From positions 1 to 47,552 of the forward strand of contig CAZYHL010000001.1 in assembly GCA_964646795.1 (NCBI GenBank): 47,552 nucleotides of DNA, read 5' to 3'. Within the stretch, counting starts at the first letter, position 1, and every line of letters starts with the position of its first letter. Under the pieces are notes generated by a model. It did not search any database and was not told where the DNA came from. It saw only the letters and a list, made by a program, of their open reading frames with translations. This DNA comes from an uncultured Syntrophomonadaceae bacterium. Its GTDB lineage: Bacteria; Bacillota; Dethiobacteria; PWVN01. This document shows, one piece after another, positions 22,913 to 34,800 of the stretch. The position numbers and the translations under genes are program-made.

Positions 22913-24882
22913 CAGATTGGAAAGCTAACAAAGGATTAGGTCCTTGGCCCTTTGCAAAGCAGCCTAATAAATGGGGCTACTTGAATAATCCTAACTGGGT
23001 TAATGATGGAGTAGCACCTATTAGTTATGACGGCAACGAGTCTGCCGAGCCTATTGTATGGTCAATAGATCCTACAAATAATGTACGAACTAGAGGGACG
23101 CAAGATAAGCATAATCCCTGTGGGCATTGGCATAGACCGGTTGATGTAGCCCCTCCTGAACCTCTCTATCCACAAGATGTCTACTTTGCTGAGAACTGCC
23201 AAGCAAAAGTATTTTCACTTGATGACGAATTAGCTGATAAAATAGCTCCAGTAAGTAGTGGGATTAATTGGGGATGCTGTACTGATGGATTACACTTTTA
23301 TGTATGTAACTACTCTCAAAATAGGTTGGAGAAGAGGTCATTAACTGATCTATCTGTAATATCTTATATATCAGGTAGACCTTATGGAAATTGTACAGAC
23401 GGCAGCGATATACTTTGGGGAAACGGATATGGATATATATCTAGGGGAATCTCTAAATATACAAAGTCTACGTTAGCTCACTTACATTACTACAATGAGA
23501 CTGAGTTAGGTCATCTATGTCCACAATACGCTTTGGATATGACAGTTGATGATCAATACTTATATGTAGCAGATGCTTGGGGATATAGAATACAAAGATA
23601 TAATAAAAGTTCTATGGTGTTATCTCAATCTTATGGGATGCCTAGATCATATAATTTTGCTTCTAATGGTATATGGGTTAGTGGAGACTATGCTTATATA
23701 GTAAGCTCTGGCTCTTTATTAAAGGTAGATAAAGTTACTTGGGAAATAGTAGATATCTTAGGAGATGATTACTCATATGACTTTACTGGATATAAGCATG
23801 ATGGGAATTTGGCTGCTTATGATGTAATAGTTGTAGGTAGTTACTTATATACTATAGGATATGCAGGGGTAAATAGATTTGACATAAGTAACTTTGATAT
23901 AGATGGAGTTAATATAATTCCTAATACAGATAGTGGATATGGTACATTAGGAGATAGCTCATATCAAGCTTGTTATGATGGGACTTATATTTACATATGT
24001 AGTCTGGATGCTTATATAACTAAATGGAATTTAGCTACTGGAGCATTTGTAGCTGAAAATGGTGATAGGTCATATGAGACTGAGGATGGCGAGAATGCTT
24101 ATAACTATCCTTGTGGTATAGCTTGTGATGATACTTATCTGTATATAATAGATCAGAATGACACATTTAGAGTTATTAAAAGGTTAAAGTCAGATTTATC
24201 ATATGTATCTGAATATAGAAGTACTGAATATTGGGAAGACCCTATTACATCTTATGAGTGGGCCAATCCTCAGGGCCTGATATGTGATGATACCTACTTA
24301 TATATTTCTTCTCCTCAATATCCTGCAGGTTTTGTAAGGATGGATAAAGCTACTTTAACATTTGTAGACTTTATAAATATAGATGATGGAGATCATAGCG
24401 GTAACGGTGTGCATGAAGCTATGGATATGTTTATTGATGGAAGTTATTTATATGTAAGTGATTATGATAGTGGGGCGGCTAGATTTAATTTAGCAGACTT
24501 TTCATTTGTGAGTAGAAGTCCTGAAGATACTACCTTCTATGATGAAGAAGATATATTTGATGATTTAACTGGAATTACGGTAGATGAAGACTATGTATAT
24601 GTAGTAAGTAGTAGCGTAGTGAAGATATATAATAAATTAACTTTTACATTTGTAGACTCATTTACTCCTGCACTTGGGAATATGATGTACCCGGCAGTCG
24701 ATAGTAAATATTTATACATCTGTCATCATTTTTCTACGTTGCAGAATCAATTTTTAACAGACTACGTAAAGAAGTACTTGAAGGTGCCACCTTATACAGA
24801 AATAGGATCTAATAGCACTCATCATCCAATAAGTTGTGATAAGGCTTGGTTGTATCAACTTGGACATTATACAGAGGATTAA
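22909..24882 (+). CDS. receptor-binding tail protein with beta-propeller-type repeats (657 aa)
   Basis: ATGA overlap start. About ten repeats, 45-55 aa apart, end in Y.Y[IV] (DQYLYVAD, GDYAYIVS, GSYLYTIG, GTYIYICS, DTYLYIID, DTYLYISS, GSYLYVSD, EDYVYVVS, SKYLYICH). Very AT-rich from about 23,200 onward. Confidence 0.6.
   Translation: MTDWKANKGLGPWPFAKQPNKWGYLNNPNWVNDGVAPISYDGNESAEPIVWSIDPTNNVRTRGTQDKHNPCGHWHRPVDVAPPEPLYPQDVYFAENCQAKVFSLDDELADKIAPVSSGINWGCCTDGLHFYVCNYSQNRLEKRSLTDLSVISYISGRPYGNCTDGSDILWGNGYGYISRGISKYTKSTLAHLHYYNETELGHLCPQYALDMTVDDQYLYVADAWGYRIQRYNKSSMVLSQSYGMPRSYNFASNGIWVSGDYAYIVSSGSLLKVDKVTWEIVDILGDDYSYDFTGYKHDGNLAAYDVIVVGSYLYTIGYAGVNRFDISNFDIDGVNIIPNTDSGYGTLGDSSYQACYDGTYIYICSLDAYITKWNLATGAFVAENGDRSYETEDGENAYNYPCGIACDDTYLYIIDQNDTFRVIKRLKSDLSYVSEYRSTEYWEDPITSYEWANPQGLICDDTYLYISSPQYPAGFVRMDKATLTFVDFINIDDGDHSGNGVHEAMDMFIDGSYLYVSDYDSGAARFNLADFSFVSRSPEDTTFYDEEDIFDDLTGITVDEDYVYVVSSSVVKIYNKLTFTFVDSFTPALGNMMYPAVDSKYLYICHHFSTLQNQFLTDYVKKYLKVPPYTEIGSNSTHHPISCDKAWLYQLGHYTED
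23067..23091. repeat. PAL25 copy inside the receptor-binding protein CDS
   Basis: agatcctacaaataatgtacgaact, coding IDPTNNVRT. Lies about 130 nt before the drop in GC. Confidence 0.9.
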
Positions 24883-24899
24883 CATCTAGGAGAATACGA

Positions 24900-25325
24900 A
24901 TGGCTAATGTAACATCAAACTATATGCGTTACTTCCTTTTACGTAAAGGAATGGATTTTTCATCTGACACGTTTAAGATTGCTTTGATGGCTAGTGGATT
25001 TGCCTATAATCCTGCTACTCATCAACAATATGCAGATGTGTCAGCGAGTGAGTTGGCTAACGGAAGTGGGTATTCGACAGGAGGAGCAACGTTAGGTGCT
25101 GCTACAATCACTGAAGATGATGTTAATAGGAATGTGACTGTATCTTGGCCTAACCCTTCCTGGACTGCAAGTGTTGGAGCTATTGGCCCGACACCAGGGG
25201 CGATTATCTATAATGATACAACTGCTGGAAAAGATATAGTTGGATATATCGACTTCGGCTCCAATTACACCCAAGCAGACGGTGGTACTGCAGCACTCAC
25301 TGGAGTTTCTTTAGTTCTTGACTAG
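24900..25325 (+). CDS. hypothetical tail/virion protein (141 aa)
   Basis: Start revised to the ATG at 24900 (MANVTSNYMRYF...), with AGGAG 7 nt upstream. Confidence 0.6.
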   Translation: MANVTSNYMRYFLLRKGMDFSSDTFKIALMASGFAYNPATHQQYADVSASELANGSGYSTGGATLGAATITEDDVNRNVTVSWPNPSWTASVGAIGPTPGAIIYNDTTAGKDIVGYIDFGSNYTQADGGTAALTGVSLVLD

Positions 25326-25333
25326 AGGAAATT

Positions 25334-26434
25334 ATGAGTACTAACTTTCTTTCAGTAAGTCCTTTATATATCCACTCCGAAATTGGAGGTGAGGTATTTA
25401 ATCTATCTATTGCTGTAGATCCTTTAGAGTTGACTTTGGCTCAGGAAGGATCTTCATTAGTAGCTGGATTTGTAGTGGACTGCTTACCTCTTGAACTTAC
25501 GCTATCACTCCTATCTGATTACACTACTCTTGAGAATGTCAAGGATAATTGGATTAAGTGGTCGAAGATAGGTAGTTTAGACTTCACCATCGACCAGTCT
25601 AATATTGCAGGTGAACGTAACTTAGATTGGAAGGGCCTAGTCTATGACATTAAGAAGCTAGGCAACAAGTCCTTTGTAGTCTACGGGGCTAATGGAGTTA
25701 CAGTATTCCAACCTTCCACGTTGAAGAACTATAATGTCTCTACCAGGTTGTCAGGGCAAGATAGTTACCAAATCACACCTACTTTTGCTATAGATACTTT
25801 GTCAAGAGTAGGTGTGTTGTGGAAAGGTGCAGTAGCTGGTAATGAGTCACAGCACTTCTGGATTGATAAGAAGGATAGGTTGTGTACTATGACTGGTGAA
25901 GGGCCTAAGATACTTGATTATTCTGAGTATCTGGAAACCCTCACTAATCCAGTAATGAGCTTTGATGAAGAGACAGGGTTAGTATATATTAGTGATGGAA
26001 CTTATGGTTTCATATATAGTTCTAAAACTAATTCATTTGGCTCAGGAATTGAGTTTATTACTGGAATTGGGAAGCAGAGTGGGACTAGTTATCTTGCAGC
26101 ATCTGAAGAATTTGAGATGCCTAAGTTTGAGATCTGTACAGATACATATGACTTTGGTACACGTAAGCCTAAGACAATTCAGCAGATTGAACTTGGAGTG
26201 AATCTTAGTTATAAGTTAGAAGTGCAGGTTGAGACTAGACTTAACAACTTTGATCCATTCAAGAAGAGCGCGTGGAAACTTGTTAATCCATCAGGTATAG
26301 CGCATATACCTTGCTTTGGTGTTGAGTTTCGTTTCCGTGTAAGGTCTCAAATCTACGAGTGGTTCACATTAGATTATATAAAAATTGTAGGAACTGGTCA
26401 TGGCATCAGGCCTGGATTGGAGTTGAGTGAGTAA
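25334..26434 (+). CDS. hypothetical tail protein (366 aa)
   Basis: ORF track. GAGGAA RBS. Confidence 0.65.
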   Translation: MSTNFLSVSPLYIHSEIGGEVFNLSIAVDPLELTLAQEGSSLVAGFVVDCLPLELTLSLLSDYTTLENVKDNWIKWSKIGSLDFTIDQSNIAGERNLDWKGLVYDIKKLGNKSFVVYGANGVTVFQPSTLKNYNVSTRLSGQDSYQITPTFAIDTLSRVGVLWKGAVAGNESQHFWIDKKDRLCTMTGEGPKILDYSEYLETLTNPVMSFDEETGLVYISDGTYGFIYSSKTNSFGSGIEFITGIGKQSGTSYLAASEEFEMPKFEICTDTYDFGTRKPKTIQQIELGVNLSYKLEVQVETRLNNFDPFKKSAWKLVNPSGIAHIPCFGVEFRFRVRSQIYEWFTLDYIKIVGTGHGIRPGLELSE

Positions 26435-26865
26435 TGGTTATTAGGGCAATGCCTACACAGATACCAAAGCTATGGGATGCAATTAAGTTTGCTGCTAAGG
26501 CTGCGACACAGATGGAAGGTAAAGAGTTTGAAGCTTACCTTGTTAAATTGTTAGCTGCTCTTCTTAGTGATTCTGCACAGTGCTTTGTGCGCACTGATGA
26601 TGCTAAACAGTTACTCGCTCTAATGATTACTAGGCTTATTGGAGATGAAGTTACAGGGAAGAGGACTTTGTTCATTGAATGTCTGTATTCATTCCAAAGG
26701 GTTTTAGATAAAGAGTGGGATGAGGATATAGTAGTGATTAAGGAATTTGCTAAGACTAACAAATGTAACTATATCTCAACCTACTCTCAAATCCCTAGAG
26801 TTTATGAAATAGTAGAAAAGCTAGGCTTCAAAGAACGCTTCAGGTGTTTCTACACGGAGGTATAG
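26434..26865 (+). CDS. hypothetical virion protein (143 aa)
   Basis: TAATG overlap start. Confidence 0.6.
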   Translation: MVIRAMPTQIPKLWDAIKFAAKAATQMEGKEFEAYLVKLLAALLSDSAQCFVRTDDAKQLLALMITRLIGDEVTGKRTLFIECLYSFQRVLDKEWDEDIVVIKEFAKTNKCNYISTYSQIPRVYEIVEKLGFKERFRCFYTEV

Positions 26866-27714
26866 ATGAGTATGGGTGGAAAAGGTAATCCTCAGTATAC
26901 TGAGTCGAAGATAAGGTATGCCCCTTACGTTGAGGATCATCATCAGACTTTGCTGGATTCAGTGCAAGCATTAGTGCAGAGTACTGCAGCTGATAATCCT
27001 TATGAAGGATACACAGATGTAGAAATCGAGAGTGCCTTCTTTGGGACAGGGTATCTGCTAAGTTCATTCCCGTCACTGTATGATATGTATGGGAAGTTCA
27101 TGGCAGGACTAGATCTTGAAGTGTTGTTTGATGAGATATTGGAAGACTCTATTAATGGCCCTGTACTTGATGACAATATAGCAGCTCAAGGAGTAGCTCT
27201 TCAAGATGATATAGAAACTGTTCAGCTTCCAGAGTTTGAAGCAGGGATGAGGGATATTAATGCAGTGAATTCTAGTTCGTTTGTTATAGGGAAGGCACTC
27301 ATTGCTGCTTCAAGAACGAAGTCACTTGCTTCGTATAGCGCTAATCTTCGTACTAAGATGCTCCCAGTAGCAGAAGATAGATTTGCACGACACCTTGAGT
27401 GGAATAGAAGTGTTATTGATGCATACTCGCAGATATTGAAACTATACATTTCCGCCAAGATGGATGTGGATAGTCATAACTTGGAGATTGATTCCAGGAG
27501 GTCTGTGTGGGCACTTTCGATGTGGAAGTATGATATGGATGCTTTGGGTGTACTACAACATGCTATTAATGAACGTACAGATCAACACAAGAATAAAGTT
27601 GCTGGCGCACTTGGTGGGGCATTGAGTGGGGCTGCTGCAGGAAGTATGATAGCTCCTGGAATAGGTACAGGGATTGGGGCAGCTGTAGGTTTAATAGGTG
27701 GATTATTTTCCTAG
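26866..27714 (+). CDS. internal virion protein candidate with C-terminal glycine-zipper membrane segment
   Basis: C-terminus GALGGALSGAAAGSMIAPGIGTGIGAAVGLIGGLFS. Confidence 0.5.
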   Translation: MSMGGKGNPQYTESKIRYAPYVEDHHQTLLDSVQALVQSTAADNPYEGYTDVEIESAFFGTGYLLSSFPSLYDMYGKFMAGLDLEVLFDEILEDSINGPVLDDNIAAQGVALQDDIETVQLPEFEAGMRDINAVNSSSFVIGKALIAASRTKSLASYSANLRTKMLPVAEDRFARHLEWNRSVIDAYSQILKLYISAKMDVDSHNLEIDSRRSVWALSMWKYDMDALGVLQHAINERTDQHKNKVAGALGGALSGAAAGSMIAPGIGTGIGAAVGLIGGLFS

Positions 27715-27722
27715 GAGGAATT

Positions 27723-28859
27723 ATGGCTTATAATGACTTTGGTATAGCAGGGCCGTTTACAGGTGGAGGTGGAGGTGGGTTCCTTGAAGGATTAGGGAAC
27801 TTGTTTAAGGATAAACAGTTTCTATCTTACTTGTCTGCGTTAGGTGCAGGGATAGCAGGGCCTAATAGTACTGCTAGTGCATTAGATACTAGAACTCAAC
27901 AGAATATACAGACACAGAACTATTCCTCATTGTTAGGTAAAATTCTAGGTGGAGAGATGCCTGGATATAGTTTATCAGTTGATGACAAAGGACTTACTAT
28001 GAAAGCTCAGAGGTCCACTCCTATTGGAGAATTAGGACCTAATCCAGGACAGACTGGGATTGAGCCTTTGCAAATGGATAGTCCTCAGCCAAAGATGGAT
28101 AAATACACAGGAGACCCTGCAAGCCCTTTCGCACTTGGCCAGCTTAATTTAACTGCATCTGATCTAGCTGGCCTTACTCCTGAATTGATTAGTAATTTGA
28201 TGCAGTTGAAGATGGCTAAAGATGAGCAAGTTGCGAATAGAGAATCTGCCGCAACTGAAAGAGACTACAAATCCAAGTTGATGCAGAAGATTGATGCTGA
28301 GATTGCAGCGGAAGCTGAGAATAGAAAGCTGCGTGGGGCTGAGGCTGATAATGATGCAGAGAAAAATCGCATAGCTTGGTATAAAGCTCAAAATCCTGAT
28401 AAGCCTGCTGATCAGTTGATGTATGAGTATGACGTTAAGTTTAATGGATTCAAAGGATCTATTAAAGACTGGAAGGATAAGGAGCCTAATGAACCTGCTG
28501 AGATGAGAATGTTGAATAGGGCTATGACTGATCCTGCATTTAAGAAGATCATGATAGAGATGAGGAGGGCAGGAGCGACGAATGTTAATATTAGCCCAGG
28601 TGAGAAGGTAATGCAGGAGGGGCTGGCGAAGGATAAGTTAACTGTGCTTGATCCGGACTTTGCTGACAATGTGAGGAAGCAAGTTGACAGTGGAGTTATA
28701 GCTATGCCTGAAGCAGAGTTGAAGCCTAAAGTAGTTAATGCTATGGGAGCTAAGATCAGGTCAGTTTTTGGAGATAAGAATGTAACTCCAGTGCAGGGCG
28801 GATGGATAGTTAAAGATCCTGATTCTAAAAGAGAGTACTTCATTAGAGGGCCTCAGTAA
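27723..28859 (+). CDS. internal virion protein candidate (378 aa)
   Basis: AGGAGG RBS. Gly-rich N-terminus, charged coiled-coil middle. Precedes the giant protein. Confidence 0.5.
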   Translation: MAYNDFGIAGPFTGGGGGGFLEGLGNLFKDKQFLSYLSALGAGIAGPNSTASALDTRTQQNIQTQNYSSLLGKILGGEMPGYSLSVDDKGLTMKAQRSTPIGELGPNPGQTGIEPLQMDSPQPKMDKYTGDPASPFALGQLNLTASDLAGLTPELISNLMQLKMAKDEQVANRESAATERDYKSKLMQKIDAEIAAEAENRKLRGAEADNDAEKNRIAWYKAQNPDKPADQLMYEYDVKFNGFKGSIKDWKDKEPNEPAEMRMLNRAMTDPAFKKIMIEMRRAGATNVNISPGEKVMQEGLAKDKLTVLDPDFADNVRKQVDSGVIAMPEAELKPKVVNAMGAKIRSVFGDKNVTPVQGGWIVKDPDSKREYFIRGPQ

Positions 28860-31800
28860 TGGATGATGCTGAAATTGTCTTAGGAAAGAAGACTGCTTCT
28901 CAACAAAGTGATGCTGATATAGTCCTAGGTAAACAACCTGCCCCTATTCAACCTACCCCTCCAAAGGAAGAACCTGGCTTTTTCTCTAAGCTGGGTTCTT
29001 CTATTATGGATGTAGCAGGGAAGTTAGGTGCAGATAGGATTGAGGCTCAGAATAGAGAGGCTGAAATATTGAGAGCTAATCCTCCAAAGCTTCCATCATT
29101 TACTGGTTCACCTATTACATCCAAAGACTATGGCCCTCTTGAGAAGAATGTACTTCTAAATATCTTTGGAGTTCTTCCTTATGAAAGAGAAGGAGCTTAT
29201 ATAGCTCAGACTACGAAGAGTAACTTTTCAATGAGTGCATTGAAACCTGCACAAGCAAAGGAGATATTGTCTAAACCTTTACCTCCTCCAGAGTATACAG
29301 GGAGCAAAGGCGAACAACTACTTGCTACATTCGCAGGGAACGCTGCTGAAGGATTGATTAGAACTGCTACATTTGGTATGTTAGGCGGAGTGGCTCCTAC
29401 TCCTCAGGGAATTACTGGTGAGGTTCCAGTAGGTATAGCAGGACAGATTACTGGAGCTTTTCCTAGCTTACTGTTAATAGGCCAAGGGTTTCATTTAGTA
29501 ACTAATGCCATTGTCAAAGGGTTACCTACAGGAATAAAGAATATAACTGAGGCGGCTATTAAGTTGGGATTCACAACTGATATGCTTAATAACGCGTTGA
29601 ACAACTCAGTTAACTTCGCTAATTCTGTAAAGGCTGGAGATACTAGAGGGATGATAGATAGTGGATCTGGAGTATTGATAGATTCACTATTCTCATTCTT
29701 GATTGCCAAAGGTTTGCCAGAGGATGCTAGGAAGATTGCAGACTTTAGGAAGAATAGATCTGCAGGGGGATCTTTCTTTGATGCTTCTAGCACACTTAAA
29801 GCTGCGGCTGAAAAGAAGTCTGTAGAACCTGAAGTAAAGAAGGAGATGGCAACTACGAATCAGAAAATAGTTCGTACAAAAAATGTACGGACTAAAGAGG
29901 AACCACAGCTAGAGCCTGATGAGTTTGATGAACTCCTTGCTCCGATGAAGGAAGACCTCAACAAGTTAAAAGACTGGTCTGATTATCCCAAGGATGAGGA
30001 AGTTGCTAAGGCGGTAGGAAAGCCAGTTGAGGAAGTAACTATTGAGGATACTAAGAGTGTTGTAGAGGAGGATCTGAATGAGATTGATTTTGAGCTAGGG
30101 AAGCCTGAGCCGGTAGAGATGAGGAATGAGAGTAGCCCTTTCAGGCAAGAAAAGGATGTTACCAAGGCACAGTTGAATAATTATAGAAGGAATCCAGTAG
30201 TTGCTAACACATATGAGGAGTTGACGAGTACAGATCCTGAGAATTATAAGAGTGCTGCGATTACTGCACGTAAGCTAGTTGCTGACTTCAACGCTTATTT
30301 GGATGGGGAGAAGGTTGATGTAACTAAGACACAAGAGATGGCTAGTAGGATGGCTGCCCAGCCTAATGACTTCGAGTGGCAGTTTATAGATGAGAAGGGA
30401 AGAGTTGATGAGGAAGGATTTAAAGAGTTTAGTACATATGTAAGTGACGCTGCTAAGTGGATGAGACAGGCACAGAAGCCTGGATTGGGGACATCACTAC
30501 ATTTTGGCTTGCCTATTGATGAAGCTTATCAGATGATGAAGCCTTGGTTTAGTTCACTTAGGAAATATGCTGAGGAGAAGTTACCTAAGATTGCTAGTGC
30601 AGAGCAGATACTTGCGACGTTGAGGAAAGGGAGTACTAAGGACGAATGGGAGAATGTAGGGCTTGAAGGAGTGTTGGAGAAAGGGAGGAAGTATAGTAGA
30701 GAGGAAATAGGGAAGATCATTGATGAAGGTAGTGTGGAGTTGAAGGATGTAGAACTTTCATATAGAAAAGATCAAGATCCATCTGATCCATACGATGAAG
30801 ATTCCTTTACTCCCAAATTCTCCTCCTACGTCGAACCTGGAGGGAGTAATTATAAAGAGTTGTTTGTGACGGCTCCTGAGAGGACTACTAGTGTAGATAT
30901 AACTAGAGAATCATTTGATTCTGTTAGATCGTATTTAAGCCAGTCTACTAGAGATGAGTTATGGAATAAGTATCAGAGTGGTGAGCTTACCCCTAATGAA
31001 TTAGTTCCTAATGGGCCTTCATGGCAAGACGGCCACGCTGACTACTCAGACATAGAAAATCCTGTTGTTAGATTAAGGATGAATGACAGAGTTGATAGTG
31101 AAGGAAAGAAAGTACTATTCCTAGAAGAAGTTCAACCACCTAATCCATCTGAACAAGAGAAGATGCCAGCCTATCTACAGAAGAGGTGGAGAGAGATAGG
31201 GATGAAGCGCGCCTTGAAGTATGCCATAGATAATGGCTATGACAAGGTGGCGTGGACTACTGGGGAGATGCAAGCGAAGAGGTATTCGTTAGATCAAACT
31301 ATCTCTGATATAGTCTATCATGATGCTACCAGTGGTGGTGTAGGATTACCTAATTTAGACGCTGAAGAGACGGGGGGAGTTCTTAAAATTAGATCTACTG
31401 ATGGAAGAATAATATATGATAGATATACAAACGTAGAAGAATTATCTAATATTATAGGAGAAGAAGCCACTGATAGATTATTATCCGCTAAGCCTAGGTC
31501 AGTTAGAACAGGTTCTGGATTAAATTCTAGAGAGAGGGCACTAACTGGACAAAATCTAGTAATGGAAAACAAAGGCCTCCGCAAACTCTACGACCAAGAC
31601 ATCCCTAATGTGGTGAAGAAGTTGGGAGGGGAGGTAGGAGAGTCTAATGTAAGATTTAAAGACTATCTTAAAGAGAGAAAGTATGTAGGTCCTGAACATG
31701 ATATAGAGTCTCTTCAGCACTTTATAAAAAATAATAGATTAGATGCTAGTGATGAGATGACTATAAAGGGTATTATAGAGGCTCTAAAACAAGATAGAAA

Positions 31801-34800
31801 TTTTGATAGAGTAATGTATGACTATGGAAGTGATAGTGTAGCTAGATTATTAGGAGGTAAATTTGTAGATAACCCTTCTTCAACTAAGGTCCAATCAGTC
31901 TCCCTCCAACCTCTCAAATCCAAAGCTTCAGGTGGGTTTAGTTTATATAGTGGAGTGCCTGTTGATAGACTAGAATCCTTAGGCAAAGACCTCACTAATT
32001 ACTACAAACGTCTCAGTGAAGCAAAGAGTAAGTCTATTGCTGAGATGTTTAGAGAGGCTAAGAAGATAGGTATAGCACACTGGTTAAATCAAAGTGGGAA
32101 TGCACGAGCACTTATAGAAGCAGAAGGTGATAAAGCTAAGGAGGTATTACAAGCTACAGCATTAGCAAGAGGTGGGCATTCCCTAGCAATTGCAAGATAT
32201 AAGCAAGCAGATAAGGAAGTCAATAGTGGACTGTCTAAAGCAGAGCAAGAGGCTAAAGATAGACTTATTATGGCCGAGCGTGTGCTGGCAGTTAATAAGA
32301 CTTCGCCTAAGACAATTAAGAATGTTCCGAAGGCATTCTCAGTAGAGAATAGTACTGATATTATAAATGCTATTGGCTCAAAGAAGATCAATGGTTCAGA
32401 AGATCTTACTCCTCAAGCAGAGTTGTTAGTTCGCAAAGCTAAGGATACTTACTTTGATGCAAATAGACAAGCTACTAAGGATCTTGCAGATGAGGGGATT
32501 ATAGGTCGTCAAGAGGAGAGGGATTTAGTAGCTAATAATTATGCAAAGTTTAGTCCAGTTACTAAACAGACAATAGACAAGATAACTGGGAATAGTGGAG
32601 TAGGCAGAACAAGCCAAGGGGCGTTTGATCCACTTAAGAGAATTAAAAAGGGTGGAAATGATGAGGTATTGTTGGAGACTAACTCAAGACTAACAATGCT
32701 TGAGTATTTTGATCAGGTATACACAGCTATTGCGATTAATAGAGCTAAGAGAACAATGGCTGACTTTGCTAAGAGTACTCCGGAGAATAAGTTTTCGTGG
32801 GTGGATACTTCGAAAGTGAAAGTGCTTGATGCTCAACCTAGTGATGTTACAGGATTGAAGAGAAGTATTAAGATCAAGAGATATGAGCAAGGAGTTAGTG
32901 ACTATGAGTTTAGGCAACTATTAAAAGCTAATGGGATAAAAGAGAAGTTTAGTGCTACTAAGAATATTACAGCATTGAGAGCTGTAGATAAGGCACTTGG
33001 GGATGTATCCAAGGGATATGAGAAAGTACTTACGCATCCTAAAGGTTGGGTTAGAGACTATTATCTTGAAGATGGAATTAAGAAAGAGATGTGGTTGGAA
33101 CCTTCGTTTGCTAAAGAATGGATGGCTGAGACGAAGGAGACTTCAGGGGCGTTTGCGAAGTTTGTGAGAGTGTTTAGTGGATCGCAGATAGTTAAGTTAT
33201 TCGCTACTGGCATTAATCCTGCATTTGCAATAGCTAATTTACCAAGGGATGCCGTGCATGCTTGGTTTGCTTCCAGAGTTATGGAAGGTGATAAGTGGAA
33301 GAGTTTGTATAGTATGAGGGCTCCTAGAGCTGTAGGACAGATGGCTAGAGATTATAAGGACGTATTTGTAGATGTAATGAAGGAGAAGGGAGTTATTGAC
33401 GACTTCATTGAAGATGGAGGAGGAAGTAACTATCTTTATACGCAGGGTAGGCTAACAGATGTTAATGCTAAGAATAGAGTTAGACTTGAAGGCCCATTTG
33501 ATGCCCTATATGACTTCATGAGTGGAATCAACAGACGCTCTGAAATGCTCACGAGGATGGCTATAAGAAATAGAGTTATCCGAATGAGGGCTAAGGAACA
33601 AGGCTTGACAGTGGAGCAGGCTAAGAAGGATCCTAAGATTCGTAGAGAGGCTTCGTTTGCAGCTATTGATCAGATGAACTTTGGTGAAGGTGGGTCTATA
33701 GCTAAAGCACTTGATAATGCCATACCTTATTTAAAGGCAAGGATTGTAGGTACTAGATCGTTGTGGAGAGTATTTGAACCTGGGAGTGGGACAGCTAAAG
33801 CATCAGCAGTAAAGTTAGGGCAATTTGCTGCTTTAGTTACTGGACTGTATCTATTGAATAGGCAGAGAAATCCTCAAGCTATAGATGATCTCAGGGATGA
33901 TCCTAGATCTAAGAACTCTTTTACACTTGTGATGGGAAAAGATGCAGGTGTTACAGTTGATGGTCAAAAGAGGCATGTATTCTTTAGAGCACCTTTGGAT
34001 TCTGGACAGGCGTTCTTCAAAGTACTATTCGAATCCATAGCAGGTAAAATGCTTGGGGATGAAATAGATCCTACAAAAATTGTACGGTCTTTGAAAGATG
34101 CACTTCCGGCAGATATTAGTAATTTGCCTCCCACAGCGCAGGGGCTGATAGGGTATTATACAAATACTAACATATGGTCAGGTAATGAAATATGGAAGGG
34201 GTATGAAGGGCCTATTCCTTACAAGCCTCCTCAATGGATGACTGGGGATAAGGTGGGAGGGAGTAATCTGGAGTACACAAAAAGGACACCTGAGATATAT
34301 AAAGACCTTGGTGATCTGACTGGCCTTAGTCCTGAGAGGTTAGGTTATGTGATACAGAGTTATTTAACTAATGATAATCTCTATTCTCAGTTGACTTTTA
34401 GTATGTATGACAAGATCTTTCATGGATTAGATGATGATCAGAAGAAACAGTTGTTAGCTGAGTCTATATCAAGATACCCAGGAACGAAGAGGTTCTTTGG
34501 GTTAACTAATCCAGCCTCCCAGGATATAAAGAAAGCTGAAGAGATTAACTGGAGGAGAATAGGGATTAAGGCAGAGCAGAATCAAGAGCTTGATAGGCTG
34601 TTAGATAGTTACCTTGCAGGTGGGAAGGTTACAGGAAAAGAGATAAATGAGTTCATTAGTAAACAACCTGACAAAGCAGACCAGGAGAGGTTAGCAGAGG
34701 ATGTGAAGAAGACTATGTCCTTGAAAGACTTACCTAGTGCAGGTTGGTGGAGAAAGCTGATGAAGATGGACTCACAGGGAAGAGCAGAGGCATTTGTTGA

